From NCBI GenBank assembly GCA_965197475.1, contig CBDANF010000003.1, positions 1,568,001-1,632,000 on the forward strand: 64,000 nt of DNA, given 5' to 3'. The position numbers and the translations under genes are program-made. This DNA is from Candidatus Poribacteria bacterium. Its GTDB lineage: Bacteria; Poribacteria; WGA-4E; WGA-3G. This document shows positions 1 through 8,893 of this stretch, piece after piece (the first letter of the stretch is position 1; every line of letters begins with the position of its first letter). The notes under the pieces are model-generated. The model was not told the DNA's origin and searched no databases. It saw nothing but the letters and a program-made list of their open reading frames with translations.

Positions 1-1017
1 CGCCTGATCGCTACTGCAAAATTGACACCGATCTCTCTAAAAACGCTTGATATTGAACTCAATAAGTTGAACGATTCTTTATTTCAAATTGAATTTGGTA
101 CGGCTAAGATGTCAGAGGCACGGATTCCAGAGATTGTAAATTTGGATTACTGGTTTTCTGAAGAGGTTATCAAATATCTTGCATATTTATTGAATTGTAT
201 TAACAAGATAGTGGATCAAGCAATTCGTAATTTCATAACGGTAACATTTTCAGAGACGGTTCGTGAGGTTTCCTATACAAGGACAAGTGCTTTTAAACTA
301 CATCGAATGCCAGCAGAAAAACTTGAGAATTTCAATCCTGATGTATTTGGTATCTTTCGCAAAAAACTGAATAGGAACAGACAAGGTTTGGCGGCATATC
401 TTGAAAAACGCAAAAGTGTAGAAGCGTCAGTTTGTGATGCCAACACAGTTAACGGAGAACTACCGATACCACGTCCCCTTGGAGGCTATAATCTGGTGAT
501 TACATCTCCACCTTATGGCGATTCGCAAACTACGGTTGCGTATGGGCAATTTTCTCGGCTTTCCGCAGAATGGATCGGTTTGACCAACGCACGAAAAATT
601 GATAGACTTGCAATGGGCGGATACCGATCAGATGAAACATTGATGGATACCCCTGTTTCATCCGCAATTGAGAAAATCCGCTCAATTGATGAAAAACGAG
701 CGCGTGAGGTTTCCGCTTTTTACATTGATCTGGAGCATAGCATCAATTCAGTGGTGAAGACGCTTTCGCCACGTTCTACAATTTGCTATGTTGTCGGAAA
801 CCGTCGGGTTAAGGACGTTACGCTGCCAACAGACGAATTTGTTGTCTCTGCTTTTAGCAAACATGGGTTTTCTCATAAGGAAACCGTCGTTAGGAACATT
901 CCAAATAAACGGATGCCCATCAAGAACAGTCCCTCTAATATCACAGGACAAACCTCCACAACGATGCACGAAGAAAATATCGTTATTTGCCAGCGAACGG
1001 ATCAAACATGTCCGTAG
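1..1017 (+). CDS. DNA methyltransferase (amino-MTase, probably N4-cytosine), 5' end outside the window
   Basis: Catalytic motif IV VITSPPY; frame is open from base 1. Confidence 0.8.
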   Translation, partial: RLIATAKLTPISLKTLDIELNKLNDSLFQIEFGTAKMSEARIPEIVNLDYWFSEEVIKYLAYLLNCINKIVDQAIRNFITVTFSETVREVSYTRTSAFKLHRMPAEKLENFNPDVFGIFRKKLNRNRQGLAAYLEKRKSVEASVCDANTVNGELPIPRPLGGYNLVITSPPYGDSQTTVAYGQFSRLSAEWIGLTNARKIDRLAMGGYRSDETLMDTPVSSAIEKIRSIDEKRAREVSAFYIDLEHSINSVVKTLSPRSTICYVVGNRRVKDVTLPTDEFVVSAFSKHGFSHKETVVRNIPNKRMPIKNSPSNITGQTSTTMHEENIVICQRTDQTCP

Positions 1018-2156
1018 GTCAGATTATCCTCTCATCTATAACAAAAAAGTTTGGCGATACAGTTGCTGTTGACGATGTCTCTTTGCAGATAGAAGGTGGC
1101 GAGTTTTTCTCCTTACTTGGACCGAGCGGGTGCGGAAAAACAACAACATTACGTATTCTCGGAGGGTTTGTCCATCCTACTGCAGGCGATGTCTTCATCG
1201 ACGGAGAACTGATGCTTGAAACACCTCCCTATCGTCGTCCTGTCAACACAGTATTCCAAAATTACGCCTTGTTCCCACATAAAACCGTTGCCCAAAATAT
1301 CGCATTTGGATTGCAAATGAAAAAGATGCCTAAAGCGGAAATTTCAGATGCAATTGAACGTTCACTTGATTTAATTCAGTTGCCGGGCTACGGTGATCGT
1401 AAACCTAACGAACTCTCCGGTGGCGAGAGACAACGTGTTGCACTGGCACGCGCATTAATTAATGAACCGACTATCCTACTCTTAGACGAACCCCTTTCAG
1501 CACTTGATCTGAAACTCCGAAAACAGATGCAATTGGAACTGAAAGCGTTACAACGCAAAGTTGGGATTACGTTTGTTTATGTCACGCATGATCAAGGGGA
1601 AGCGTTAGCGTTGTCAGATCGGATTGCGGTGATGAACGAAGGGAGAATCCTTCAGGTTGGAACACCATCTGAAATCTACGATTCACCGCAGAATCGTTTT
1701 GTGGCAGATTTTATCGGCACGTCAAACTTTTTTGACGGGACACTCATCAGCACGGATGGTGATTTTGCAGCGGTTGTGTCAAATACTGAACCTTCCTTTA
1801 AGTTCGTTTGTCCGCACAGCGAAGATGCATCGATAGACACCTCTGTAACATTGGTAATTCGTCCGGAGCGGATAGACATATCAGCAGAACCAAACCCAGA
1901 TGTGCCAAATTGTCTACGCGGTGTGATTCAGGACGAAAGTTATCTCGGTACGACAGTGCAATACACAGTGCAAACTGATTATCCGACACCTATCATTGTT
2001 AATCAGCAATGGCGAGGAAACTCAGAAACCCTGCCCTGTAGTATAGGAGAACAGAATAGAGACAAGCGCGAGATGCATCGCTTTCGGCAAGGCGATACGG
2101 TCTATTTGCAATGGGCAGCAGAGAATGCAATTGTCTTGAAAGAGAATTCGGACTAA
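1008..2156 (+). CDS. potA: PotA-like polyamine ABC transporter ATP-binding subunit
   Basis: Walker A GPSGCGKTT, LSGGERQRVALAR signature, VFQNYALFPH, DEPLSALD, TOBE-like C-terminus; ATG at 1008. Confidence 0.8.
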   Translation: MSVGQIILSSITKKFGDTVAVDDVSLQIEGGEFFSLLGPSGCGKTTTLRILGGFVHPTAGDVFIDGELMLETPPYRRPVNTVFQNYALFPHKTVAQNIAFGLQMKKMPKAEISDAIERSLDLIQLPGYGDRKPNELSGGERQRVALARALINEPTILLLDEPLSALDLKLRKQMQLELKALQRKVGITFVYVTHDQGEALALSDRIAVMNEGRILQVGTPSEIYDSPQNRFVADFIGTSNFFDGTLISTDGDFAAVVSNTEPSFKFVCPHSEDASIDTSVTLVIRPERIDISAEPNPDVPNCLRGVIQDESYLGTTVQYTVQTDYPTPIIVNQQWRGNSETLPCSIGEQNRDKREMHRFRQGDTVYLQWAAENAIVLKENSD

Positions 2157-3151
2157 CTCCGAGGCAACGGCAACCTGACTTTTCCATTATCCTGCTGTTG
2201 CGAAGTTAAGAAACCGATTATAATTTCAACAACTTTGTGTCCTTCACTACCCGGTGAAACAGGTTCCCCACCTTCTGCTACAAGTTTTACTAACTCTTGA
2301 ACACCAGCAGGAATACCGACAACATCCCATGTTGGTGCATCAATTGTTTCAATAGAATCTCCTTGATGAATTGTAGCAACCTTGTCATTAATGAGAATAT
2401 ATCCGTTTGTCCCAACAATCTCTACTCGGAAACCAGATTGAGTTGTCTTCGGTCCGCCAGCATAGTATCCGCGTACCCCGTTTGCAAAATGGATATACCC
2501 ATGCGCTGATGGCTCTGTTGACGGATCGTGTCCACCATCGCCTTTATATTCACTGTAGTCGTCGTATCCATCCTCTAATTCTGCAGTAACCCATTCTGGA
2601 GTTGAATCAGCGAAATAGCAGATAGCATCAACACAGTGTGTTCCGTTTCGGAAAAGCATGGCACGTCCGCCGCTCAACGTGCCGATGACATATTGGACAT
2701 CACCGATACGTCCACTACCGACGATCTCCTCTCTGGTCCGCCGCCATAACGGTTGCCATCTTCGCGTGTGGTCAATTGATAGAATCGTGCCGTTTTGCTC
2801 TGTCGCATGCAGCATCCTGTCTGCATCTTGGATGTTGGTAGCCATCGGTTTTTCACAGAAAATTCCTTTGACTCCAGCGTTAGCAGCGTCAACGACAAGA
2901 TCAGCATGTCGATGGTCAGATGTCGCAACCGTTACAACATCTAAATTCTCTGCTGCGAGCATCTCCTGATGGTTCGTATAAAGAGAGATATTATCCCAAT
3001 TGTCCTGCCATTTTGCTTTAAAGGCATCCAGTGTGCTTTGCACAAAATCGCACCCAGCGGCTAATTCAACGTTCGGTAAACTGACTAACCCAGATGCGTG
3101 CGTTGTCCCGATGCCACTACACCCTATAACGCCAACACGTAGTTTTGCCAT
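2153..3151 (-). CDS. Gfo/Idh/MocA family oxidoreductase
   Basis: VGVIGCSGIG Rossmann motif and CEKPMA motif. Confidence 0.9.
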   Translation of the reverse strand: MAKLRVGVIGCSGIGTTHASGLVSLPNVELAAGCDFVQSTLDAFKAKWQDNWDNISLYTNHQEMLAAENLDVVTVATSDHRHADLVVDAANAGVKGIFCEKPMATNIQDADRMLHATEQNGTILSIDHTRRWQPLWRRTREEIVGSGRIGDVQYVIGTLSGGRAMLFRNGTHCVDAICYFADSTPEWVTAELEDGYDDYSEYKGDGGHDPSTEPSAHGYIHFANGVRGYYAGGPKTTQSGFRVEIVGTNGYILINDKVATIHQGDSIETIDAPTWDVVGIPAGVQELVKLVAEGGEPVSPGSEGHKVVEIIIGFLTSQQQDNGKVRLPLPRS

Positions 3152-3336
3152 GTTCCTATTCTCCTCTATCCTACAATCTTATACCCGTGAAATTAACGCA
3201 TTACCACTGAAAAGATTGTATGCTGCAGCAGAATAGATGTCAAGTTTTTTGTGAGGAAAAAAACGATTTGATATATACCGAAAATTTTGGTAAAATATTT
3301 GTAGGTTAATAAATTTCATGATGGAGGAAAATAATT

Positions 3337-3576
3337 ATGGTTAGAATTATCGCCAATCCTGAAATTCTTGGTGGGAAACCTGTAATTGAAGGCACACGCA
3401 TAAGTGTGGAACAGGTCCTGGGATTATTGGCAAACGGTATGACAAACGAAGAGATTATTGCAGAGTATCCGATATTGGGCGAGGAAAGCATTCGGGTGGT
3501 GCTTGCGTACGCAGCACGCGCATTAAAGAACGAAATCGTCATTGACATGCCTTTTCCGCGTGAGGGGGCATCTTGA
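3337..3576 (+). CDS. DUF433 protein (VapB45-like antitoxin)
   Basis: NPEILGGKPVIEGTRISV...EEIIAEYP signature; GGAGG RBS. Confidence 0.9.
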   Translation: MVRIIANPEILGGKPVIEGTRISVEQVLGLLANGMTNEEIIAEYPILGEESIRVVLAYAARALKNEIVIDMPFPREGAS

Positions 3577-3669
3577 CAATGCTGCTTCCACTTGGTCGCT
3601 TGCGGATCCAGCGACTTAAACAGGATAAATGTAAAATTATTACAGAACTTAGATTATAAGGATGCAAAT

Positions 3670-4587
3670 ATGCTACCAGTGATTAGTATTGATGCAAGGG
3701 ATATATGTCAAAGTGGTTTCTCTCTGCATTCAGGCAGAATAGAGCCAATTGGTCAAGCCTACTGGTTTGACTGGCAAAAAGTGAGAAATGCAGCCCAAAA
3801 TGAAGGGATGAATCTTGACAGGTACCTTATCCTGAAAATTGGATCGTTCTTATCCCATAAAAAGTTAAGATCGAATCTTCTGCTATGCTACACACCACAT
3901 CAAGGGCGATTTATGTTAATGGTTTGCTCAAAGCATAATACCAACTTAAGTTTCCTACATTTGCTTCCAGGTTATCTTGAATCTGGCCAAGATTATCTTC
4001 CTACCCGAGCGGCTCCCTTTATATTTTATGGGGGATTGCAACTTTATCGGATTTACTGTATCCAAGAACAACCTGTGACCGGTTTTTACGTTTGCGACTG
4101 TTCACTCTGTGACTTGCCGTATTCAAAAACGGAAACATGGGTTCGCGGGGAAGGAAATCTGCGGCATTTACACGGACAAAGAAGGCACGTGGTAACAGAA
4201 AACGAACTTTTCGGAGAACAAGGTTATTTGTTATATGAAATGCTTGCTCGCGAGCGTCGCAAGTGTATGCATGTAGTTTCTAAGGAGCAAGTTTACTCAT
4301 TATTTCTCCGTCTATACTGCCCTGGGGAAGATACTTTTCCTAATTTGAAACAGAGTTTTTCGTTGTCCCGTTCAAGCTACTATGTTTGCGACATGGGTTG
4401 TCAGTACGGGATTTGTATCGCAGAAGCACAGCGGAAAGACTATGAAGGTATACGAGAGCATCCAGAACACCATTATGATTACTCAGCAGTACCGGTTGAA
4501 CCTAGCGAGGAAATCAAAACCGACAGCAGGCACTTCGCTTTGCAGCATGTTTTCAGTAAGTGGATCAGAGGCGATTTCCAAAGTTAA
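3670..4587 (+). CDS. Hypothetical protein (Cys/His/Tyr-rich)
   Basis: ORF of about 305 codons from ATG 3670; no family recognised. Confidence 0.55.
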   Translation: MLPVISIDARDICQSGFSLHSGRIEPIGQAYWFDWQKVRNAAQNEGMNLDRYLILKIGSFLSHKKLRSNLLLCYTPHQGRFMLMVCSKHNTNLSFLHLLPGYLESGQDYLPTRAAPFIFYGGLQLYRIYCIQEQPVTGFYVCDCSLCDLPYSKTETWVRGEGNLRHLHGQRRHVVTENELFGEQGYLLYEMLARERRKCMHVVSKEQVYSLFLRLYCPGEDTFPNLKQSFSLSRSSYYVCDMGCQYGICIAEAQRKDYEGIREHPEHHYDYSAVPVEPSEEIKTDSRHFALQHVFSKWIRGDFQS

Positions 4588-4642
4588 ATATTTATCATGA
4601 CAATCTTGGCGGTGAGGTGTTACCGCACTGTGGAGACTTTTT

Positions 4643-5104
4643 TTACTTGAAGTTTATCGATCTTAAACGTTCAAGCCAACGAGTATTGAAATCAGCGACA
4701 ATGCTTTCACCGAATCCATCCATATCGTCAAAACGACACGCGTATGTTAGGTGATCCAAAAAAAGCCCGCCCGGTGCCTCTGTCACAATGCTAGTTATGA
4801 GGTTATCCGTGAGATTAATAGGAGATCCTTCAAACCAATGCTGTAAAAAACCTGCAAGTGTCCCTTCTATAACAACTGCCATAAAGATATGTCCCTTTTC
4901 TCGTTCCTCGTTCAGTTTCGGAAAGGGAACTCTCATCCACTTCATCCTTAATCGAAAATCCCAAGGGTCAGTATCGTGCTCAATGATTTCTACGTCACCT
5001 AATTCATATAGAAGGGCTTTGACTAAATACAAACCCGCGGGTACCACATTGTCTTTCGTATCTAGACATTCAACATAAACCCGAAATTTAGGATATTTCT
5101 GCAT
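4643..5104 (-). CDS. Hypothetical protein
   Basis: 153-aa ORF with AGGAGG RBS. Confidence 0.6.
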   Translation of the reverse strand: MQKYPKFRVYVECLDTKDNVVPAGLYLVKALLYELGDVEIIEHDTDPWDFRLRMKWMRVPFPKLNEEREKGHIFMAVVIEGTLAGFLQHWFEGSPINLTDNLITSIVTEAPGGLFLDHLTYACRFDDMDGFGESIVADFNTRWLERLRSINFK

Positions 5105-5219
5105 AAGTTAACGGAGCCTCCTTTTAAGATTTCTTTTCTATGATAGCATAATATTAAACAACGGTTAATTTCTTTTCATTGTTTAAATTCTGAAAGTTTT
5201 TCATTCCGATAGAATCTAA

Positions 5220-5801
5220 CTATCCAAAAATTCGATTGAAAAATATCACAACATCATCCCAGCCAGCAACAATAGAAACCAATGTACCGAAAAAGGTAAT
5301 CCCTCCTATAACTTTACTGATTATAGACGAAAATCTGATTTTATTTTTTGTGTTCCCGCTTATTAGCCCAAACGAATTTAGCATCCAAAGAGGTATATCA
5401 AGCAGGATTAAACGTGCAGTTCGCGTCAACCATACAAAAGGGTTAATTAGTTGCCATATTTTTTTAGAAAAAAGATAATCCAATTTACCGATATAGCGTT
5501 CTAACATACCCTGATTGACAGAATACGGATCGTAGAAATTGATGATTCTATTTCCTCCTATTTCATCCATCATTCTAGTTGAGTTGCGGCGTAACCAACG
5601 TAGTAACCGTTGATAACATTCTTCATCAGAAGAACTTTGCATCCATTGTTCATACTTTGAAAGATATTTTTCTCCAAAACTTTTTCGCTTGATGAGTGAA
5701 TAAAGATCGTAAATTAATCCAATAAAACCGATAACAGCTAAGGTTCCAATTATCGTAAATATATTTAACTCGGCTAACTTTGTCAGGTACCACTTTTTCA
5801 C
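5220..5801 (-). CDS. Hypothetical membrane protein
   Basis: 193-aa AT-rich ORF with N- and C-terminal hydrophobic helices. Confidence 0.6.
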   Translation of the reverse strand: MKKWYLTKLAELNIFTIIGTLAVIGFIGLIYDLYSLIKRKSFGEKYLSKYEQWMQSSSDEECYQRLLRWLRRNSTRMMDEIGGNRIINFYDPYSVNQGMLERYIGKLDYLFSKKIWQLINPFVWLTRTARLILLDIPLWMLNSFGLISGNTKNKIRFSSIISKVIGGITFFGTLVSIVAGWDDVVIFFNRIFG

Positions 5802-5866
5802 TGTTTTTCATACCAATTTTAAATTATAGTGGCAACTTTAACAACCATTGCAACCAATAAACGACA

Positions 5867-6907
5867 TTACTCCACTATCTCAAAGTCAAGAATTCTAAAC
5901 TCTACCTTCGTATGTGGTTCTCTTGAACCATTGCGCGTGTTTGTTGTTAGTTCCTGAACGCTGTTGTCAACTTCGCTTGTTACCCGCCTTGCCAACCCTG
6001 GAGGAATAATTTCCTGAAAAAGCACAGCCTCCACATCAATTGGATCATCTTGTGTGTCGTAGAAAATTACAAGACAATAGACATTCTTTACACCTTCGCG
6101 GAGTCGGTTCCGCAGGGAAAACGTGTACTCGCCGCCTACCCCAAAAGGGTATTTCCAAATAAGTTTTCCACCGGTTACTCCTCCTACGCTTCCACCCCCG
6201 AGATCAGCAAGGATAGATTTTTTTGATCCAGTAGACTTCCCTCTTGACAACGGTTTTACGGGTCCTATCTGTTCCATCAATTTTTTAAGATAGTTTGAAG
6301 GTATAGCGAAATTAAGATTTTGTCCTCCGCGGAAAGTTGCCACAGAAACGCCAATAACTTGTCCTTTATTGTTTAGCACAGGTCCGCCGCTACTCCCCGG
6401 AGAGATCGGCGCAGTGAGTTGAAGAATCTTATCTGTTCCAACTTTTCGGATGCTACTGATAATTCCTTGTAAGAACGTTCCTTCTAATCCCCGTGGGTTG
6501 CCCACGGCATAAATTGGCGCGCCAACTTGAACCGTGTCACTATCACCAAGAGAAATTGCTTGTGCCCGAGGAACTGAAATTTTTAGAATGACCAGATCGC
6601 GTTCTGCATCAACCGCTGTAATGCCTTCAATGTCGTACTTTGTTTTCTGACCTACCAGTTTCGCGTAACCTCGTGAAGCACCTCTAACAACATGAAGGTT
6701 TGTTGCAACTTGACCACTGCGGATAAAGAATCCACTGCCAAGTGAAAGTGGTTGACCGTTAGCATCTTCCATCACCAAAAGCACCGTAGAAGCTAACGCT
6801 TTTTTAGCAATTTGCTGCGGACTTTGGGCATTTGCAGCAGTTATTCCGCAAAACAGGAAAAGTGCCAAACCTGTGAAATACCGTAACAATTTTTTGTTGT
6901 GCGCCAT
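5867..6907 (-). CDS. Secreted trypsin-like (S1C/Trypsin_2) serine protease
   Basis: Signal peptide; GSGF, TNLHVV (His), DLVIL (Asp) and ISPGSSGGP (Ser) triad motifs. Confidence 0.9.
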   Translation of the reverse strand: MAHNKKLLRYFTGLALFLFCGITAANAQSPQQIAKKALASTVLLVMEDANGQPLSLGSGFFIRSGQVATNLHVVRGASRGYAKLVGQKTKYDIEGITAVDAERDLVILKISVPRAQAISLGDSDTVQVGAPIYAVGNPRGLEGTFLQGIISSIRKVGTDKILQLTAPISPGSSGGPVLNNKGQVIGVSVATFRGGQNLNFAIPSNYLKKLMEQIGPVKPLSRGKSTGSKKSILADLGGGSVGGVTGGKLIWKYPFGVGGEYTFSLRNRLREGVKNVYCLVIFYDTQDDPIDVEAVLFQEIIPPGLARRVTSEVDNSVQELTTNTRNGSREPHTKVEFRILDFEIVE

Positions 6908-7034
6908 TGTGTCCTCCTTCTCACATTAAGTTTCAGAAAGTAGCAATTAAGAGGGTATTGGTTAAATAATGATGCGGTAATTAGTGGGTACCCTCTGAAC
7001 CACTCTGCATCACATTTCAATTAGAGTAGAGTTA

Positions 7035-7121
7035 ATGATAACACTTATGACAAAAATTGTCAATCAAAATCAAACTAATAAACTGATTTTGATTGACAGA
7101 TGTATCTAAAACCTATATCCT
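7035..7121. promoter_or_regulatory. Back-to-back sigma70-type promoters inside IS1
   Basis: Minus strand TTGACA-17-TATCAT with extended TG (7063-7035); plus strand TTGACA-17-TATCCT (7093-7121); the -35 boxes sit in a 15-bp inverted repeat. Confidence 0.6.
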
Positions 7122-7157
7122 TATTGAAAACAAACTCGCTGCTCTATAGAGGACACC

Positions 7158-7886
7158 ATGAAGAATTGCCCAAGATGTCAACACACTCACTTCGTCAAAA
7201 ACGGGTTCGTCAAAACTAAACAACGCTATAAATGCAAAAACTGCGGTTATCAATGGACGCGCACAACACCCCGGGGGAAACCACAAGCACAGAAAACTCT
7301 CGCCGTTCTCTTATATTGCCACGGCATCTCAATGAATGCTATCTCAAAACTTGTCGGATGCCACGTAACAACTGTGCTTCAATGGATACGCACCTTTGCT
7401 AAAAAACAGGCACCGAAACAAACACTCACACCCGGCACCACCGCCTGCTTGGAACTTGATGAGATGTGGCACTATATTGGGAACAAGAAAAACAAACTCT
7501 GGATATGGAAGGCACTTGACAGAAACACAGGATACCTCATTGACTGGGAATGTGGTGGGCGTGATAAACAAACCCTTGAAAAACTCACGGCAAGGCTCTC
7601 AACCCTCAATGCTAAGATATATTACACAGACAAATGGCAGGTCTATGAGTCGGTCCTACCTGCCGTAAAACATGTTCAGGATAAAGCGGAGACGCATCGC
7701 ATTGAACGCAACAATGGTCGGATGCGCCACTGGTTCGGACGCTTCAAGCGCAAGTCCATTATTGTTTCCAAAAGCATAGAAATGGTGGATTTGACGATTG
7801 CTTTGTTCGCACGATTTCGTGTCAATGGCAACGTGTTTGACATTTTAAAACTCGACGGAATAGAAAACATGAATATCATTATTTAA
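7158..7886 (+). CDS. IS1-family transposase (single ORF)
   Basis: CPRC...CKNC zinc ribbon, HTH, ELDEMW, YTDKW and IERNN DDE motifs; stop codon lies in the right TIR. Confidence 0.93.
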   Translation: MKNCPRCQHTHFVKNGFVKTKQRYKCKNCGYQWTRTTPRGKPQAQKTLAVLLYCHGISMNAISKLVGCHVTTVLQWIRTFAKKQAPKQTLTPGTTACLELDEMWHYIGNKKNKLWIWKALDRNTGYLIDWECGGRDKQTLEKLTARLSTLNAKIYYTDKWQVYESVLPAVKHVQDKAETHRIERNNGRMRHWFGRFKRKSIIVSKSIEMVDLTIALFARFRVNGNVFDILKLDGIENMNIII

Positions 7887-7901
7887 CCAATACTCTCGCA
7901 A

Positions 7902-8878
7902 TTAAAACCCATCAGTCGGCCAAAAGATGTGATGTGAGCGGATGTCTTGTCTAATCGATTCCACTTGGTAATGCAGGAGATCTGGGAATACATCAATACG
8001 TTTTTTTGCAAATTCTGTAGGGAACGCTGCAGGTAAAATAACACGATACATCGTGCTTCCATGCGCCTCAACTGTAGGGGCGTTAAATCCATCAGCGATC
8101 GGCGCGGGATACTCTACCTCAAGTTTCTCCTCATCCATCTGCGCAATTATATCGGATAACAGAACTTCAAAAAAGGTCGTAGCTTTGTCTTGTGCAAATA
8201 ATTCCTCTGACACAACGAACTCTTTGACACCCAGTTGTTCATTCCGTTTTCTAACAGAAACATAACCTTCAATTACACTATCACGTTCAGCAACCCATGC
8301 GCTTGGCGATTCAGTTTTCACCCAATCTGTCCAATATGCGATGTCATCTCTAACAAAGGTGCCGTTGAATTTGCGGGAAAAGGTATCGTAGAGAGAAGCG
8401 AGCTGCGCAACCTCATCTGCATCTTGAAAATTGACCGGACGGATATTCCAATCCTGCTGTTTTCTACCGAGAAGCGTTTTCTTGGCATAGTAACGGGGAA
8501 CACTTTCCCATCCTTCTACCGAATAGATACGCTGGCTTCCATGGAGCATAGAGATAGCAATTTCTCGGTCCTCCATAAACCGAATCGAATCTTTGAGTAG
8601 TTGAGAAGCAAGCCTCGTTTTCGGTATTCCGATCGCGTGCTAACTTCGCCAATACCGCCAACGGATATCGGTTCACCGTGAAAGAACATCTTTCGGATAA
8701 AAACACGGACTGTGCTGACAATCTTGCCATCGTCAACAGCGACGCGAATACCCTCTACATCTTTCCACGGATCGTTATGCCAATGGTTAGAAAAATACTG
8801 ACGGCTCGCTAAAAAAACGTGTGTGACATGGTCAAGCCATGCCTCCAATTCTTCAGGATAAAGCGAGCGAAACTCCAT
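7902..8878 (-). pseudogene. Eis-like GNAT acetyltransferase split by a 1-nt frameshift near 8610
   Basis: GGIGEVSTRSEYRKRGL acetyl-CoA motif continues as ASQLLKDSIRFMEDRE in another frame; could be a sequencing error. Confidence 0.75.
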
Positions 8879-8893
8879 ATCTACACAGCTCCA

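Larger units (their letters stand above)
6951..7897 (+). mobile_element. IS1-family insertion sequence, intact, with 8-bp target-site duplication
   Basis: 23-bp TIRs GAG(G/A)GTATTGGTTAAATAATGAT; GCAATTAA at 6943-6950 and 7898-7905. Confidence 0.95.
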
